This document shows positions 21,301-31,869 of a DNA stretch of 64,000 nucleotides, one piece after another. The DNA is from Clostridia bacterium. Its GTDB lineage: Bacteria > Bacillota > Clostridia > TANB77 > CAG-508. The stretch covers positions 1,783-65,782 of the forward strand of contig JAGBJN010000004.1 in assembly GCA_017934475.1 (NCBI GenBank), given 5' to 3'. Every line of letters begins with the position of its first letter. Within the stretch, counting starts at the first letter, position 1. The translations under genes and the position numbers were made by a program. The notes below the pieces were generated by a model. It was not told where the DNA came from. It saw only the letters and a program-made list of their open reading frames with translations, and made no database searches.

Positions 21301-22074
21301 TTATTCTTTTATCTTCCTTTCTTGAATATTATAGCAAAATCTTGCCAAAAATGAATCAGGAAGCATCTTGCTAAAAATTCTTACCATTTTTATTTTAAAT
21401 CCTGGCACGAGAATCGATTTATTTCTTAATAATTTTTTTATTGTATAATTTGCTATATATTGACTTGAAAATCCGTCCATAGCGAATCTCACGTTAGCTA
21501 CATTATTAAAATTTGTATTTACTGGTCCAGGACATAATGCACTTATCTTTACATTTGATTTTTTTCTTCTTAATTCTTCCTGTATACTTTGAGTTAATCT
21601 TAATACATAACTCTTACTTGCATAATACGTTGCCATTAATGGTCCTGGCATAAATCCTGCAATAGAAGCAACATTTAAAATTTTTCCTTTATCTTTTTCT
21701 ACCATATCTTTTAGGAATTTTTTCGTTAATATATGCATTGCTTTAATATTTGTATCTATCATTGACAGTTCCATATTTAAATCTGTTTCTGTAAATTCTC
21801 CGCATAAACCAAATCCAGCATTATTAATTAAAATATCAACTGAATTATATTTTTCTTTAACCTCATTATATAAGCTAATGCACTCCTCTTCTCTTCCCAA
21901 ATCCCTAGGCATAACATCCACTTTAATATCATTTTCACTTTCTAATTCTTCTTTTAATTCATCCAATTTTGCCCTATTCCTAGCTGTAATAATTAAATCA
22001 TATCCATATTTACTTAATGTTCTTGCCATATCTCTTCCTATTCCAGAAGAAGCACCTGTTATTAAAGCAATCAT
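21301..22074 (-). CDS. Short-chain dehydrogenase/reductase (SDR) family oxidoreductase
   Basis: It has TGASSGIGR cofactor motif, NNAG, and the YASK catalytic motif, with RBS GGAGG before the ATG. Confidence 0.85.
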   Translation of the reverse strand: MIALITGASSGIGRDMARTLSKYGYDLIITARNRAKLDELKEELESENDIKVDVMPRDLGREEECISLYNEVKEKYNSVDILINNAGFGLCGEFTETDLNMELSMIDTNIKAMHILTKKFLKDMVEKDKGKILNVASIAGFMPGPLMATYYASKSYVLRLTQSIQEELRRKKSNVKISALCPGPVNTNFNNVANVRFAMDGFSSQYIANYTIKKLLRNKSILVPGFKIKMVRIFSKMLPDSFLARFCYNIQERKIKE

Positions 22075-22099
22075 AATTCCTCCTACACTTTCTTTTGCT

Positions 22100-22135
22100 A
22101 AAAAAAATTAGGACAAGATGTCAATTCATTTGTCC
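22100..22135 (-). terminator. Terminator downstream of ftsH
   Basis: On the minus strand it reads GGACAA-13 nt-TTGTCC followed by TAATTTTTTTT. Confidence 0.6.
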
Positions 22136-22150
22136 CAACTTTTTTACATT

Positions 22151-23956
22151 TTATTCTTCATTAAATATTCTATCAAATTCTTCTCCACCGATTTTTTCTT
22201 TTTCTAGAAGTACGCCTGCAACTGCATGTAATTTATCGATGTGTGTATTTAATATTTCTGTCGCTTTTGCATAAGCTTCATCAACAATTCTTTTTACTTC
22301 TGCATCAACTAAAGCTGCTGTTTCCTCTGAATATTCTTTACTATGAGCAAAATCTCTTCCTAAAAATACTTCTTCTTGTCCAGAACCAAGCATTATAGTT
22401 CCAACTTTTTCACTCATACCATATTTAGTAACCATTCCTCTTGCAATTTGTGTAGCTCTTTCTATATCATTGCTTGCACCTGTTGAAATATCTCCAATTA
22501 TTAATTGTTCTGCAACACGTCCACCAAGAAGAGATACTAATTTTTCTTCCATTTCTGTTTTAGACATAAAGTTTTTATCTTCAGTTGGACGATACATTGT
22601 ATATCCACCTGCCATTCCCCTTGGAACTATTGATATTTCATGCACTTCGTCTTGTGTTGGTAAGAATTTACTTACAACTGCATGACCAGCTTCATGATAT
22701 GCAACCAATCTATTTTCCTTTTCACTTCTAACTCTTGTCTTCTTTTCTGGTCCCATTGTTACTTTTACCATTGCATCTTCAATTTCTTTCATTGTGATTT
22801 CTGGTAAATTTCTTCTTGCAGCAAGTAAAGCTGCCTCATTAAGAATATTTTCTAGATCTGCTCCAGCAAAACCTGAAGTATTTTTAGCAATTGTTCTTAA
22901 ATCAATATCATTTGAAATTCTTTTCTTTCTGCTATGAACTTCTAATATTTGTTCTCTTGCTTTTACATCAGGTGCACCTACAACAATTTGTCTATCAAAT
23001 CTTCCAGCTCTTAATAATGCTTTATCTAAGATATCTGGTCTGTTTGTTGCAGCTAAAACTATAACTCCTTCATTTTCAGCAAATCCGTCCATTTCAACAA
23101 GTAATTGGTTTAATGTTTGTTCTCTTTCATCATGTCCTCCACCAAGTCCTGCTCCTCTTTGACGACCTACTGCATCAATTTCATCTATAAATACTATACA
23201 TGGTGCTTTTCTTTTTGCTTCTTCAAATAAATCTCTAACTCTTGATGCACCAACTCCTACAAACATTTCTACGAAATCAGATCCACTTATTATAAAGAAT
23301 GGAACTCCAGCTTCTCCTGCCACAGCTTTTGCAAGCAATGTTTTACCAGTACCTGGTTGGCCAACAAGTAAAACTCCTTTTGGTATTCTTGCACCCATAT
23401 CTGTGAATTTTCTTGGATTCTTTAAAAATTCAACTATTTCTTCTAATTCTTCCTTTTCTTCATCTACACCAGCTACATCTTTAAATGTAACTTTTGCTTT
23501 ATCTTGTGGATTTATCATTTTAGCTTTGCTCTTGCCAAATGTCATTGTTTTGCTTCCACCATTTTGGTTATTATTCATAAATAAGAACCAGAATATTACA
23601 AATATAGCAAGTATTCCAAATGGTGTAAGAAGACTTAATGCCATCATTATTATAGATTGAGATTTTTCTGTAACTTTGATACTTTCTGTTTTCATTGAAT
23701 CTTCTAAATCATCCATTAAACTTTCTATACTTGGAATATTTACTTCTTTTTTTGCACTTTCACTTTTCAAAACAACTTCTGCTTTCTTACCATCAGCTGC
23801 TATCTCGATTTCTTTTACATCTCCAGCTTCTATCTTAGCAACTAATTCAGAATATGCAAGTTTATTTGCTGTATTATCTAAAATAGACGTAATTACTACA
23901 ATGGCAATTACAATTATAATTAACCACATAGCTAATGTTTTTATTCCACTTTTCAT
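22151..23956 (-). CDS. ftsH: ATP-dependent zinc metalloprotease FtsH
   Basis: It has Walker A GQPGTGKT, the AAA second region of homology, the HEAGHA zinc motif and two N-terminal TM segments. I prefer the start MKSGIK at 23956 (RBS GGGAGG 6 nt upstream) over the track start 23977. Confidence 0.95.
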   Translation of the reverse strand: MKSGIKTLAMWLIIIVIAIVVITSILDNTANKLAYSELVAKIEAGDVKEIEIAADGKKAEVVLKSESAKKEVNIPSIESLMDDLEDSMKTESIKVTEKSQSIIMMALSLLTPFGILAIFVIFWFLFMNNNQNGGSKTMTFGKSKAKMINPQDKAKVTFKDVAGVDEEKEELEEIVEFLKNPRKFTDMGARIPKGVLLVGQPGTGKTLLAKAVAGEAGVPFFIISGSDFVEMFVGVGASRVRDLFEEAKRKAPCIVFIDEIDAVGRQRGAGLGGGHDEREQTLNQLLVEMDGFAENEGVIVLAATNRPDILDKALLRAGRFDRQIVVGAPDVKAREQILEVHSRKKRISNDIDLRTIAKNTSGFAGADLENILNEAALLAARRNLPEITMKEIEDAMVKVTMGPEKKTRVRSEKENRLVAYHEAGHAVVSKFLPTQDEVHEISIVPRGMAGGYTMYRPTEDKNFMSKTEMEEKLVSLLGGRVAEQLIIGDISTGASNDIERATQIARGMVTKYGMSEKVGTIMLGSGQEEVFLGRDFAHSKEYSEETAALVDAEVKRIVDEAYAKATEILNTHIDKLHAVAGVLLEKEKIGGEEFDRIFNEE

Positions 23957-24102
23957 TTTTTGCCTCCCTTTTTCCAATAGGAATCAATTTTACTTTTTGC
24001 AATATAACATATAATTTTTTTGTTTGCAATACTTTTTTTCAAACTTTTTTCTTTGAAAGTATTGATATATAAGCATTTTTATTACGGAACTTTGTTTTTA
24101 GA

Positions 24103-25119
24103 TTATACTTCTTTTATAAAAAAAATTTTTCCTTTTCCTACAAAAACTTTAATTCTTTTGTTAGGAACTAAAAATTTATTTCCAATATTATTTTCACATA
24201 ATTTAACAATGTCTGAAACATGAACTTTTTCAATATTTTGCATACTTCCAGTTGCTTTATTTATAGTATATCTAATTAATCTATTTTTTATTACTTTTTC
24301 TTCTTTATTAAATTTTTTTAAATCAAGTATTATCTGCTCTTTTCCTTCAAGCTTATTATTCCCTAAATGTTCCTCTATTAAAACATCCTTATATTTATTT
24401 TCTACAACCTTTTGTATATATTCATCTTCTTCATTAAGAAGTTCAGACAATCTATTTAATGAAGTTACTATATTAGGATTGAATTCTTTTTCAATTGAAG
24501 GAATTAGTTCATTTCTTATTTTATTTCTTGTATATATATTTTCAAGATTTGTCCTATCTATTTTGGGATTCAGTTTATTATCTTCACAATATGTTTCTAT
24601 TTCTTTTCTTGTTATTTTTAAAAGAGGTCTTATAAACTTATCGTCTCTTTTTATTTCGATTCCCTTTAATCCTGATGTTCCAGATCCTCTCATAATATTC
24701 ATAAGTACTGTTTCTGCGTTATCGTTTGCATTATGCGCTGTTGCAATCTTATTTGCATTTTCTTTATTTGCAACTTCATCAAAAAATGAATATCTAAGTT
24801 TTCTACCTGCTTCTTCTGTTCCTACTTTCTGCTCTTTTGCAAGTTCTTCTACTTTTTCTCTTTTTATATAACATGGAATACTATTTGAATCACAAAAATC
24901 TTTAACATACTTTGTTTCTTCTTCTGCCTCTTCTCTTATTCCATGATTTATATGTGCAACTATTAATTTTGCATCAATTTTGTTTTCTTTTCTTAAATTA
25001 ATAAGCATATTTAATAAAGCCATAGAATCTGGTCCTCCAGATACCCCTATGACTATATTATCACCTTTTTGAATCAGGTTATATTCAGTTATTGTTTTTA
25101 ATAATTTTTCTTCTAACAT
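24103..25119 (-). CDS. tilS: tRNA(Ile)-lysidine synthetase
   Basis: It has the PP-loop motif GVSGGPDS and sits directly upstream of ftsH. Confidence 0.85.
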   Translation of the reverse strand: MLEEKLLKTITEYNLIQKGDNIVIGVSGGPDSMALLNMLINLRKENKIDAKLIVAHINHGIREEAEEETKYVKDFCDSNSIPCYIKREKVEELAKEQKVGTEEAGRKLRYSFFDEVANKENANKIATAHNANDNAETVLMNIMRGSGTSGLKGIEIKRDDKFIRPLLKITRKEIETYCEDNKLNPKIDRTNLENIYTRNKIRNELIPSIEKEFNPNIVTSLNRLSELLNEEDEYIQKVVENKYKDVLIEEHLGNNKLEGKEQIILDLKKFNKEEKVIKNRLIRYTINKATGSMQNIEKVHVSDIVKLCENNIGNKFLVPNKRIKVFVGKGKIFFIKEV

Positions 25120-25138
25120 GTATATTCCTTTTTATTTT

Positions 25139-26473
25139 TTATTCATCATAATGACGTCCAAGATTTGCAAACTTAGTGTAATTTCCAAGCCAAGCTAAAT
25201 CTACAGTACCTGTCGAACCAGAACGATGTTTTGCTATTATAACTTCAGCTTGATTCTTTTTCTCGCTATCTTCGTTATAATAATCATCTCTATATAAGAA
25301 CATTACTATATCCGCATCCTGTTCTATTGCTCCAGATTCACGAAGGTCAGAAAGCATAGGTCTATGATCAGGACGTTGTTCAGGCGCTCTTGAAAGCTGT
25401 GACAATGCAATTACAGGAACATTTATTTCTTTAGCAAGTATTTTTAAAGATCTACTAATTTCCGAAATTTCTTGTTCACGTGAACCGCTTCTTCTACTTG
25501 ATCCTTGTACTAATTGTAAATAATCAATTACAACTAATCCAATATTTTGTTCAAGTTTTAACTTTCTACATTTTGCACGTATTTCCATAATTGAAATACC
25601 CGGTGTATCATCAATAAACATTTTTGCTTCTGATAAAGTACCTGATGCTTCCGCAAGTTTTGCCCAATCTTCATCATCTATTTTTCCTGTTCTAACTTTA
25701 TTACTATCTACCATTGCTTCACTACATAAAATACGATTTACCATCTGTTCTTTAGACATCTCCAAGCTGAATATTGCAACTGGAGTATTTCCTCTTGTAG
25801 CAGCATAACTTGCAATATTTAAAGCAAATGCTGATTTTCCCATTGCAGGACGAGCAGCAACTAGTATTAAATCAGAATTATGAAGTCCTGCTGTTTTATA
25901 ATCCAAATCAGAAAAACCTGTTGGCACACCTGTAATATGTTGTTTTTGATTATATAATTGTTCAAGTTCAGTAAATGTATCTACTAAAATATCTTTTATT
26001 GAAGAATACCCTTTTTGATTTCTTGATTGTATAGTATCAAATATCTTTTTTTCTGCTTGATCCATTATTAAATCTACTTCTTGTGATTCATCATATCCAA
26101 GTTTTATTATTTCATTAGCTGTTTTTAGCAGATTTCTTAATACTGATTTTTCTTCGACTATCTTTATATACTTTTCAACATTGGCTGTTGTTGGTACTTT
26201 TTCAGGAAGCTCAACTAAATATTCTAGTCCACCAACAGCATCAAGTTTACCAAGTGATGATAATTCTGATTTTAATGTTATAACATCTATAGGTTCTGCT
26301 CTATTATATAAATTAAGTATTGCACCATATATTGCCTTATTATCTTCTCTATAGAAATCTTCTTCTTTAAGTACTTCAACAGCAGAAACTATCGCTTCTT
26401 TATCCGTTAACATACTTCCTAGTACTGCTTGTTCTGCTTCTGTATCATGTGGTGGTACCTTGCCTAATTCCAT
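25139..26473 (-). CDS. dnaB: Replicative DNA helicase
   Basis: It has the N-terminal PPHDTEAEQAVLGS motif and Walker A ARPAMGKSAF, and lies next to rplI as expected. Confidence 0.95.
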   Translation of the reverse strand: MELGKVPPHDTEAEQAVLGSMLTDKEAIVSAVEVLKEEDFYREDNKAIYGAILNLYNRAEPIDVITLKSELSSLGKLDAVGGLEYLVELPEKVPTTANVEKYIKIVEEKSVLRNLLKTANEIIKLGYDESQEVDLIMDQAEKKIFDTIQSRNQKGYSSIKDILVDTFTELEQLYNQKQHITGVPTGFSDLDYKTAGLHNSDLILVAARPAMGKSAFALNIASYAATRGNTPVAIFSLEMSKEQMVNRILCSEAMVDSNKVRTGKIDDEDWAKLAEASGTLSEAKMFIDDTPGISIMEIRAKCRKLKLEQNIGLVVIDYLQLVQGSSRRSGSREQEISEISRSLKILAKEINVPVIALSQLSRAPEQRPDHRPMLSDLRESGAIEQDADIVMFLYRDDYYNEDSEKKNQAEVIIAKHRSGSTGTVDLAWLGNYTKFANLGRHYDE

Positions 26474-26513
26474 ATTTTACATCCTTTCTGTTTGAATATT
26501 TTCTTTTCTATTT

Positions 26514-26957
26514 TTAGCTATTTACTTCTACTTTTAGTTTTCCAATTACACCTTCAAATAGTTTTATTTCAACATTAAATGTTCCAACATTTTTTATAGT
26601 ATCTTTTAATAATATTTTCTTTTTATCTATATCAATATTATATTGGTTTTTTAAATTTTCTGATATTTCTTTTGCTGTTACACCACCAAATATCTTACCA
26701 TTTTCTCCTGCCTTAACTTTTATTTTTAATGATAATTCATTTAATTTATTTGCTAATGCTTTAGCATCTTCTCTTTCATTATTTCTTTTAAATTCTTGTG
26801 AATTTTGTTTTGCTTTTAATTTCGACATATTCTCTGCATTTGCTTCAACTGCTAATTTCTTTGGAAATAAATAATTTCTAGCATATCCATCACTTGCATT
26901 TATTACTTCATCCTTTTTTCCTACACCTTTTATATTATCTAATAAAATCACTTTCAT
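26514..26957 (-). CDS. rplI: 50S ribosomal protein L9
   Basis: It begins MKVILLDNIKGVGKKDEVINASDGYARNYLFPKKLA, is 147 aa, and has RBS AAAGGAGG. Confidence 0.95.
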   Translation of the reverse strand: MKVILLDNIKGVGKKDEVINASDGYARNYLFPKKLAVEANAENMSKLKAKQNSQEFKRNNEREDAKALANKLNELSLKIKVKAGENGKIFGGVTAKEISENLKNQYNIDIDKKKILLKDTIKNVGTFNVEIKLFEGVIGKLKVEVNS

Positions 26958-27021
26958 ACTTATTTACCTCCTTTAGTTTCCACATTATATCATAAAATGT
27001 GGAAATAATAAATAGTAAACA

Positions 27022-27059
27022 CAAAAAAGATAGTATAAACTTTCGTTCATACTATCTTC
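27022..27059 (-). terminator. Terminator downstream of the 549-aa dockerin protein gene
   Basis: On the minus strand it reads AAGATAGTAT-13 nt-ATACTATCTT followed by TTTTT. Confidence 0.7.
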
Positions 27060-27064
27060 TTCTA

Positions 27065-28714
27065 TTACTCAAATGTTTCCCAATAAATATTATCTGTATC
27101 ATATGATAAAGAATTTAATTCTACATCACCATCATATATTTTATTTATGCCATTTAAATTTATAGCTTCTCTTGAATATTTAGGGCCATTTGTATTGCTT
27201 ACAGAAATATTAGCATATTCTGCTGGCATATAAAAATCTATTTTTCTTCTTCTTGAATAATCTGTTATATTATTAGCATCTTTTACTCCATATATTGCAC
27301 CACCGCTTCGTAACCAAAATACATCGTTACTTGTATTTACAGATATTTTTTCACCTGTTCTAACAATTGTATTTATGCTTTTTTCGTAATAGTAGTAAAC
27401 TCTAAATTCGTAATGATATTTTCCTCCACTTTGGCTACTATTGCACTCTACTTTGCATCCATTGGCTTGTGCTCCTGTTAAATCATATTCTTTTCCTTCT
27501 GCTGTAATAACTAACCAATTTGGATCAAAAGCATCATTTTTAGTTGCACTTTCATTTGAATTCCCACTATTATTTATTCTTTGATATAATTCTTCAATTT
27601 CTACAGGAGAAATATTATTTGCTCCTGAAATTTTATTTGAAATTAAAAAGTAGTATTCAATTACATCTACATATCCCATTTGAGCAACAAATTTATATTC
27701 TTTTTGATGCTTAGGTTTATATCCTGTAATTGCTCTTAAATTATTATTAACTTCATATCTACCGGTATCAAATCCATTAGATACAGTCATCTCAATATCT
27801 TCACTTGGCATTTCAAATGATATACCATAACCATCTTCTAATTTTGAACCATAATACATCCAACTTGTTTCTGAAGATAAATTATCAGTTCTTAAACTTA
27901 TTTTTGTACCTGGTTCTATATAAAATGTTTTTACCTTTTTTAGTCCTGTAAGTGTTAGTGAATCACTTTGCTTTATTTCTGTTCTTTCTGCATCTGTTAA
28001 ATCATATTCAGTATTATTAATTATTACTTTAGTATTTCCTATATCACTGCTTGTTTCTGTTGGCGTATAATCATTACCTGGAGTTTTATATCCACCATCA
28101 TAACCAATTATAGTAAATGTAAATTCATAAGTTCCTTCTGGTCTATTATTTTCATTTTCAGTTTTCAAATATTCTATATCTTCTGTAACAATATATCTAA
28201 TTAATTTTGTTAAATCAATTGTATTAATCTCTGTATCATTATTTATATCTGCTGATTTAAGTTCTTCAGGTTCTGTTAAAATACAATTTTCTAATCCAAT
28301 ATAATGTCTTATAAGTAAGCTTAAATCTCTTTGGTCTGATATTCCATCACCATTAATATCTCCAATAACAGACAAAACATATGGCTCAGCAGCTGACATC
28401 ATAGCATCGCCTGAAGTTATTGTTTGCTTAAATTCTGCATAATCTCCTGTATAAACAATTTCATTTGTTTTTTCAATTGTAAAATGTTTGTCACGAACTA
28501 TTTTTTTTGTTGTCCCACCATCTGTTATTGAAAATGCATTTAAAAAATCATTTGCTGATGTTCCAGGTAGTATTCTAGAAATCATGTGGTTTTCCTTATC
28601 AAGTGTATATTTAGTATTTTCAATTGTAAGTGCATTGCATATTGAAGAGGTTAATAAAACAAAAACTAAAATGAAAAATAATATTAAACTAAATTTTAAT
28701 AATTTGTTTTTCAA
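27065..28714 (-). CDS. Secreted dockerin-bearing protein with an internally duplicated C-terminal region (function unknown)
   Basis: It has a TTG start with RBS AGGAGGG and a signal peptide ending ICNA. A dockerin follows (GDINGDGISDQRDLSLLIRHYIG ... ADINNDTEINTIDLTKLIRYIV). The rest is two related ~170-aa halves (...TFYIEPGTKISLRTDN...FEMPSEDIEMTVSN / ...NTIVRTGEKISVNTSN...FYMPAEYANISVSN). Confidence 0.75.
   Translation of the reverse strand: MKNKLLKFSLILFFILVFVLLTSSICNALTIENTKYTLDKENHMISRILPGTSANDFLNAFSITDGGTTKKIVRDKHFTIEKTNEIVYTGDYAEFKQTITSGDAMMSAAEPYVLSVIGDINGDGISDQRDLSLLIRHYIGLENCILTEPEELKSADINNDTEINTIDLTKLIRYIVTEDIEYLKTENENNRPEGTYEFTFTIIGYDGGYKTPGNDYTPTETSSDIGNTKVIINNTEYDLTDAERTEIKQSDSLTLTGLKKVKTFYIEPGTKISLRTDNLSSETSWMYYGSKLEDGYGISFEMPSEDIEMTVSNGFDTGRYEVNNNLRAITGYKPKHQKEYKFVAQMGYVDVIEYYFLISNKISGANNISPVEIEELYQRINNSGNSNESATKNDAFDPNWLVITAEGKEYDLTGAQANGCKVECNSSQSGGKYHYEFRVYYYYEKSINTIVRTGEKISVNTSNDVFWLRSGGAIYGVKDANNITDYSRRRKIDFYMPAEYANISVSNTNGPKYSREAINLNGINKIYDGDVELNSLSYDTDNIYWETFE
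28187..28369 (-). other. Dockerin module (two EF-hand-like Ca-binding segments)
   Basis: Both loops fit D-x-N-x-D-x(6)-D followed by a helix (LIRHYIG / LIRYIV). Confidence 0.75.
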
Positions 28715-28766
28715 TTAATTCCCTCCTTTCAGTTTTATAAATAAAAACTATTTTTACAAAATATAT

Positions 28767-28799
28767 AACATATATGGAAAAATTTTTTCCATATATGTT
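28767..28799 (-). terminator. Palindromic hairpin downstream of the 683-aa cohesin protein gene
   Basis: It is an AACATATATGGAAAAA / TTTTTCCATATATGTT inverted repeat. Confidence 0.5.
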
Positions 28800-28819
28800 A
28801 ATATTTATTTTTTATACTT

Positions 28820-30871
28820 TTATATTCTGTTTTTTCTGTATCCTATAAAAGCTCCTACTGCAGATATAGTTAAACCACCAAATATTGCAACTAATATCAT
28901 TTCATTTGTACCAGTTTGTGGTATTTCTTTGTCTGCCTCTTTCTTTCCATCATCTTTTCCGCCGTCTTTTCCATCTTCTGCTGCATCAACAAAATCAGCC
29001 CATTTGAAATCTTCTGCTCCATAGAACATTAATGACCAACTACCTTCTGTAAGTGTTGGATATGCTTTTGATAAAGCAAATGTAACAGCCTCTTGATTTA
29101 TATATTTACCATTTTCATCATCAGCTTTTACATATAAGAAATAATATGATCCATCATCTATTTTTGATAAGTCAATAACTGATTTTCCATCAGCCGTATT
29201 ATAAGATATAGTATATACATCTTGGCTAGCACTAGTTGTTTGATCATAAATTCCACTATTAGATTTAGCATATTTTAATAAATCTGCAAATCCTGAAGAA
29301 TCTTGATTTTTAATCTTTTTCAAAATAGAATAATCTGTTATTTTGCCAACTTTTATTTCAATATTTCTATTTGCATTTGAGTTATGTGTAAATGTTGTAA
29401 CGATTTGTGTTGCTTTATTAGACATAAATGTAGCAAAAAAGCCATCACTATATTTTGGTTCTGAATATTTTGTTAGTTTATTTCCATATGTAACATATTT
29501 TTCTTCACTATTTTCTGTTTGTTCAAGTATAGAAATGTATACGTCTTGATTTAACTCTACAAATTTAGCAATTTCATTGTAGTCTTTGCAAACAAATATA
29601 CCTTTCTCACTATTATACTCAAGTTTCCAATAATTTGCACTTAATTCTGTAGCTGAAGCAGTTGGCATATTACTATTATTAGAAACCATATAATAATAAT
29701 TATGATCTTCTTTAGGTGTTACTCCAGAAATTTCAATACTAGCTTGTGATGTTCCAAATTTTTTCAATTCATATTTTGCACTTGAAAAATCTGTCCAATC
29801 TCCCTCAGGTAAATTTGGATCATCTGGATTGTTTGGATCATCTGGATCATCTGAATCTTTTGGATATACAGTTACCTGACAAGTTGCTGTTGCTGATTCT
29901 CCTCTTGCTGTTATTGTTGTTGTTCCTACACTTACTCCTGTTACAACACCTGTACTACTAACTGTTGCGATACTTGAATTACTACTTGTCCATGTTATTG
30001 TTGCACCCTTTGATGATGTTGCAGCTAGTCCTATAGTTTCACCTACTTTTACTGATGCAGTAGTTTTAACCATATTTATTGTTTCATCAGATACACCTGG
30101 ATCAACCTTTGGAAGAACAGTTACTGTGCATGTTGCTGATTTAGATTCACCTGTAGCTGTTATAACAGCAGTTCCTGCACTTTTACCTACTACAAGTCCT
30201 GAACTATTAACTGTAGCTACAGAAGTATTACTACTTGTCCATGTTATTGTTGCATTTTTTGAAGATTCTGCTCTTAATTGTACTGTTTCATTTACATTTA
30301 TTGATGCTGATGTAGGTGTAACTGTTACAGTTTCTTCTGTTGGTGTAGATCCTCCTTCAAAAGTATATGATATTGATTTATCTGTTTCATCAATTAATTC
30401 ATTTCCAACGCATCCTTGAATACCTCTAATCTTGAATGGTTTAGCATTTGCTTTTACTGAATCAGATAAATTAGATTTTACAGTAAAAGTAACAACACCG
30501 ATTACTTTATCTGTTGTAACTCCTCCTGCCATAGTAGATAATAACATATGTCCTTCACTTTCATTGCCTTCTTCTTTGTTGATTTCTATTGACCAGTTGC
30601 CTCTTCCTTCTACGTCATCGTCAGTAAGATGTTCAAATACATTTTTATCATATTCTAGATAAGCTTCTAATGTATTCATTCCAAGTTCACCCATATCGAT
30701 GTTCATTAATTTAAATTGAAGTTCAACAGTATCACCTTCAGAAATTACAGAATTTGATGGTGATTTAATTGATACATCTAAATTAAAACTATAAGCTTTT
30801 ACACAACATGGTATAATAAAAGTTAATACCAAAGTTGTAATTAATAAGATTGAAATAAATTTTTTCATCAT
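28820..30871 (-). CDS. Sortase-anchored surface protein: cohesin-like domain, two Big_2 Ig-like domains, Pro/Asp linker, ~280-aa unknown domain, IPQTG anchor
   Basis: It has a signal peptide ending CVKA and a cohesin-like domain at ~30356..30793 that aligns with the other two cohesins. Two Big_2 repeats follow (...ITWTSSN.S.ATV...G.V.G.S.GT..ITA.GES..A.C.VTV) at ~29867..30331, then the linker DSDDPDDPNNPDDPN. The C-terminus is IPQTG (28910..28924) plus a TM segment plus RKNRI. Confidence 0.7.
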   Translation of the reverse strand: MMKKFISILLITTLVLTFIIPCCVKAYSFNLDVSIKSPSNSVISEGDTVELQFKLMNIDMGELGMNTLEAYLEYDKNVFEHLTDDDVEGRGNWSIEINKEEGNESEGHMLLSTMAGGVTTDKVIGVVTFTVKSNLSDSVKANAKPFKIRGIQGCVGNELIDETDKSISYTFEGGSTPTEETVTVTPTSASINVNETVQLRAESSKNATITWTSSNTSVATVNSSGLVVGKSAGTAVITATGESKSATCTVTVLPKVDPGVSDETINMVKTTASVKVGETIGLAATSSKGATITWTSSNSSIATVSSTGVVTGVSVGTTTITARGESATATCQVTVYPKDSDDPDDPNNPDDPNLPEGDWTDFSSAKYELKKFGTSQASIEISGVTPKEDHNYYYMVSNNSNMPTASATELSANYWKLEYNSEKGIFVCKDYNEIAKFVELNQDVYISILEQTENSEEKYVTYGNKLTKYSEPKYSDGFFATFMSNKATQIVTTFTHNSNANRNIEIKVGKITDYSILKKIKNQDSSGFADLLKYAKSNSGIYDQTTSASQDVYTISYNTADGKSVIDLSKIDDGSYYFLYVKADDENGKYINQEAVTFALSKAYPTLTEGSWSLMFYGAEDFKWADFVDAAEDGKDGGKDDGKKEADKEIPQTGTNEMILVAIFGGLTISAVGAFIGYRKNRI

Positions 30872-30972
30872 TTTCTTTTTCTCCTTTTCTCTTGTTTTTA
30901 TATATTTTTACTTTTGTTTTTCAGTATTTTATACACCTTATCATTAAAAAACTGAAACACATAATATAATAA

Positions 30973-31686
30973 CTATTTAATAATTATTTTTTTATAGCGT
31001 ACATATGTATATATTCCTATTACACTAATAGTACCTACTATAAATAATAATATAACTTCATTTGTACCAGTTTGTGGTACACTACCTTCTGCAACTGTTT
31101 TATCATTTGTTTTATTTTCATTAACTTGAGGCTCTTGATTATTAATGTCAACCTGTTTCACTTCACTTGCTTCCACAACTTTATCAAATTGTAATGTTAA
31201 TGGAATATTTTTATCGACCTCATTTATTATTGCTGTACCATTATTTGTAGAAACATTTACCAATTTAACCTCTGTTTGCTTAGTTAATGTCGTACTAGTA
31301 AGATCATCTTTAACCCTTAACTTTACGCCTCCAATTTCCTGGTCATTTTTAACTCCAGCTGATAAAATCATTGCAAGCATTTTGCCTTTTTGAATTGTAT
31401 TCTCATCATTATATGTTAAAGACCAATTATTTTTACTACTGACATCATCCTGGCTAACTTTTTCAAATACTGATTCATCATATTGCAATTTAGCTTCAAG
31501 TGCGTTTATTCCATTAGTTCCAGCATTTATATCTGAAATTTTAAGTGTAATTTCAACTTCATCTCCTGGCTTTAAAGATGATTTATCAGGAGTTGCTGTT
31601 AATGTAAAACTATCAGCTAAAACAATTGTTGAAAAACATAATAACATTATACAGAGAACTACAAGTATCCCTAGCTTTTTTTTCAT
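30973..31686 (-). CDS. Sortase-anchored single-cohesin surface protein
   Basis: I prefer the start MKKKLG at 31686 (RBS GGAAGGAA) over the track start 31710. It has a signal peptide ending IVLA and a cohesin-like domain at ~31186..31614. The C-terminus is VPQTG (31066..31080) plus a TM segment plus RYKK. Confidence 0.7.
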   Translation of the reverse strand: MKKKLGILVVLCIMLLCFSTIVLADSFTLTATPDKSSLKPGDEVEITLKISDINAGTNGINALEAKLQYDESVFEKVSQDDVSSKNNWSLTYNDENTIQKGKMLAMILSAGVKNDQEIGGVKLRVKDDLTSTTLTKQTEVKLVNVSTNNGTAIINEVDKNIPLTLQFDKVVEASEVKQVDINNQEPQVNENKTNDKTVAEGSVPQTGTNEVILLFIVGTISVIGIYTYVRYKKIIIK

Positions 31687-31718
31687 TTGTTCCTTCCTTT
31701 CTATAGTCATTTAATCAT

Positions 31719-31747
31719 ATTTTAAAATATATAAACTTAAATTTCAA
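31719..31747 (-). promoter_or_regulatory. Sigma-A-type promoter for the 245-aa cohesin gene
   Basis: It reads TTGAAA-17 nt-TAAAAT on the minus strand. Confidence 0.5.
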
Positions 31748-31810
31748 CAGTTGTAACGGTAATATAATATAAATGTATAAATAAAAATATTTTTGTAATA
31801 TTTTTGTAAT

Positions 31811-31846
31811 ATAAAAAAGATTTTGCAATATTTTGCAAAATCTTTT
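31811..31846 (-). terminator. Terminator downstream of the 1079-aa dockerin/Big_2 gene
   Basis: A perfect 14-bp stem, AAAAGATTTTGCAA / TTGCAAAATCTTTT, is followed on the minus strand by a T-run. Confidence 0.75.
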
Positions 31847-31869
31847 CCTTTATTCCGTAAGGATTTTTA

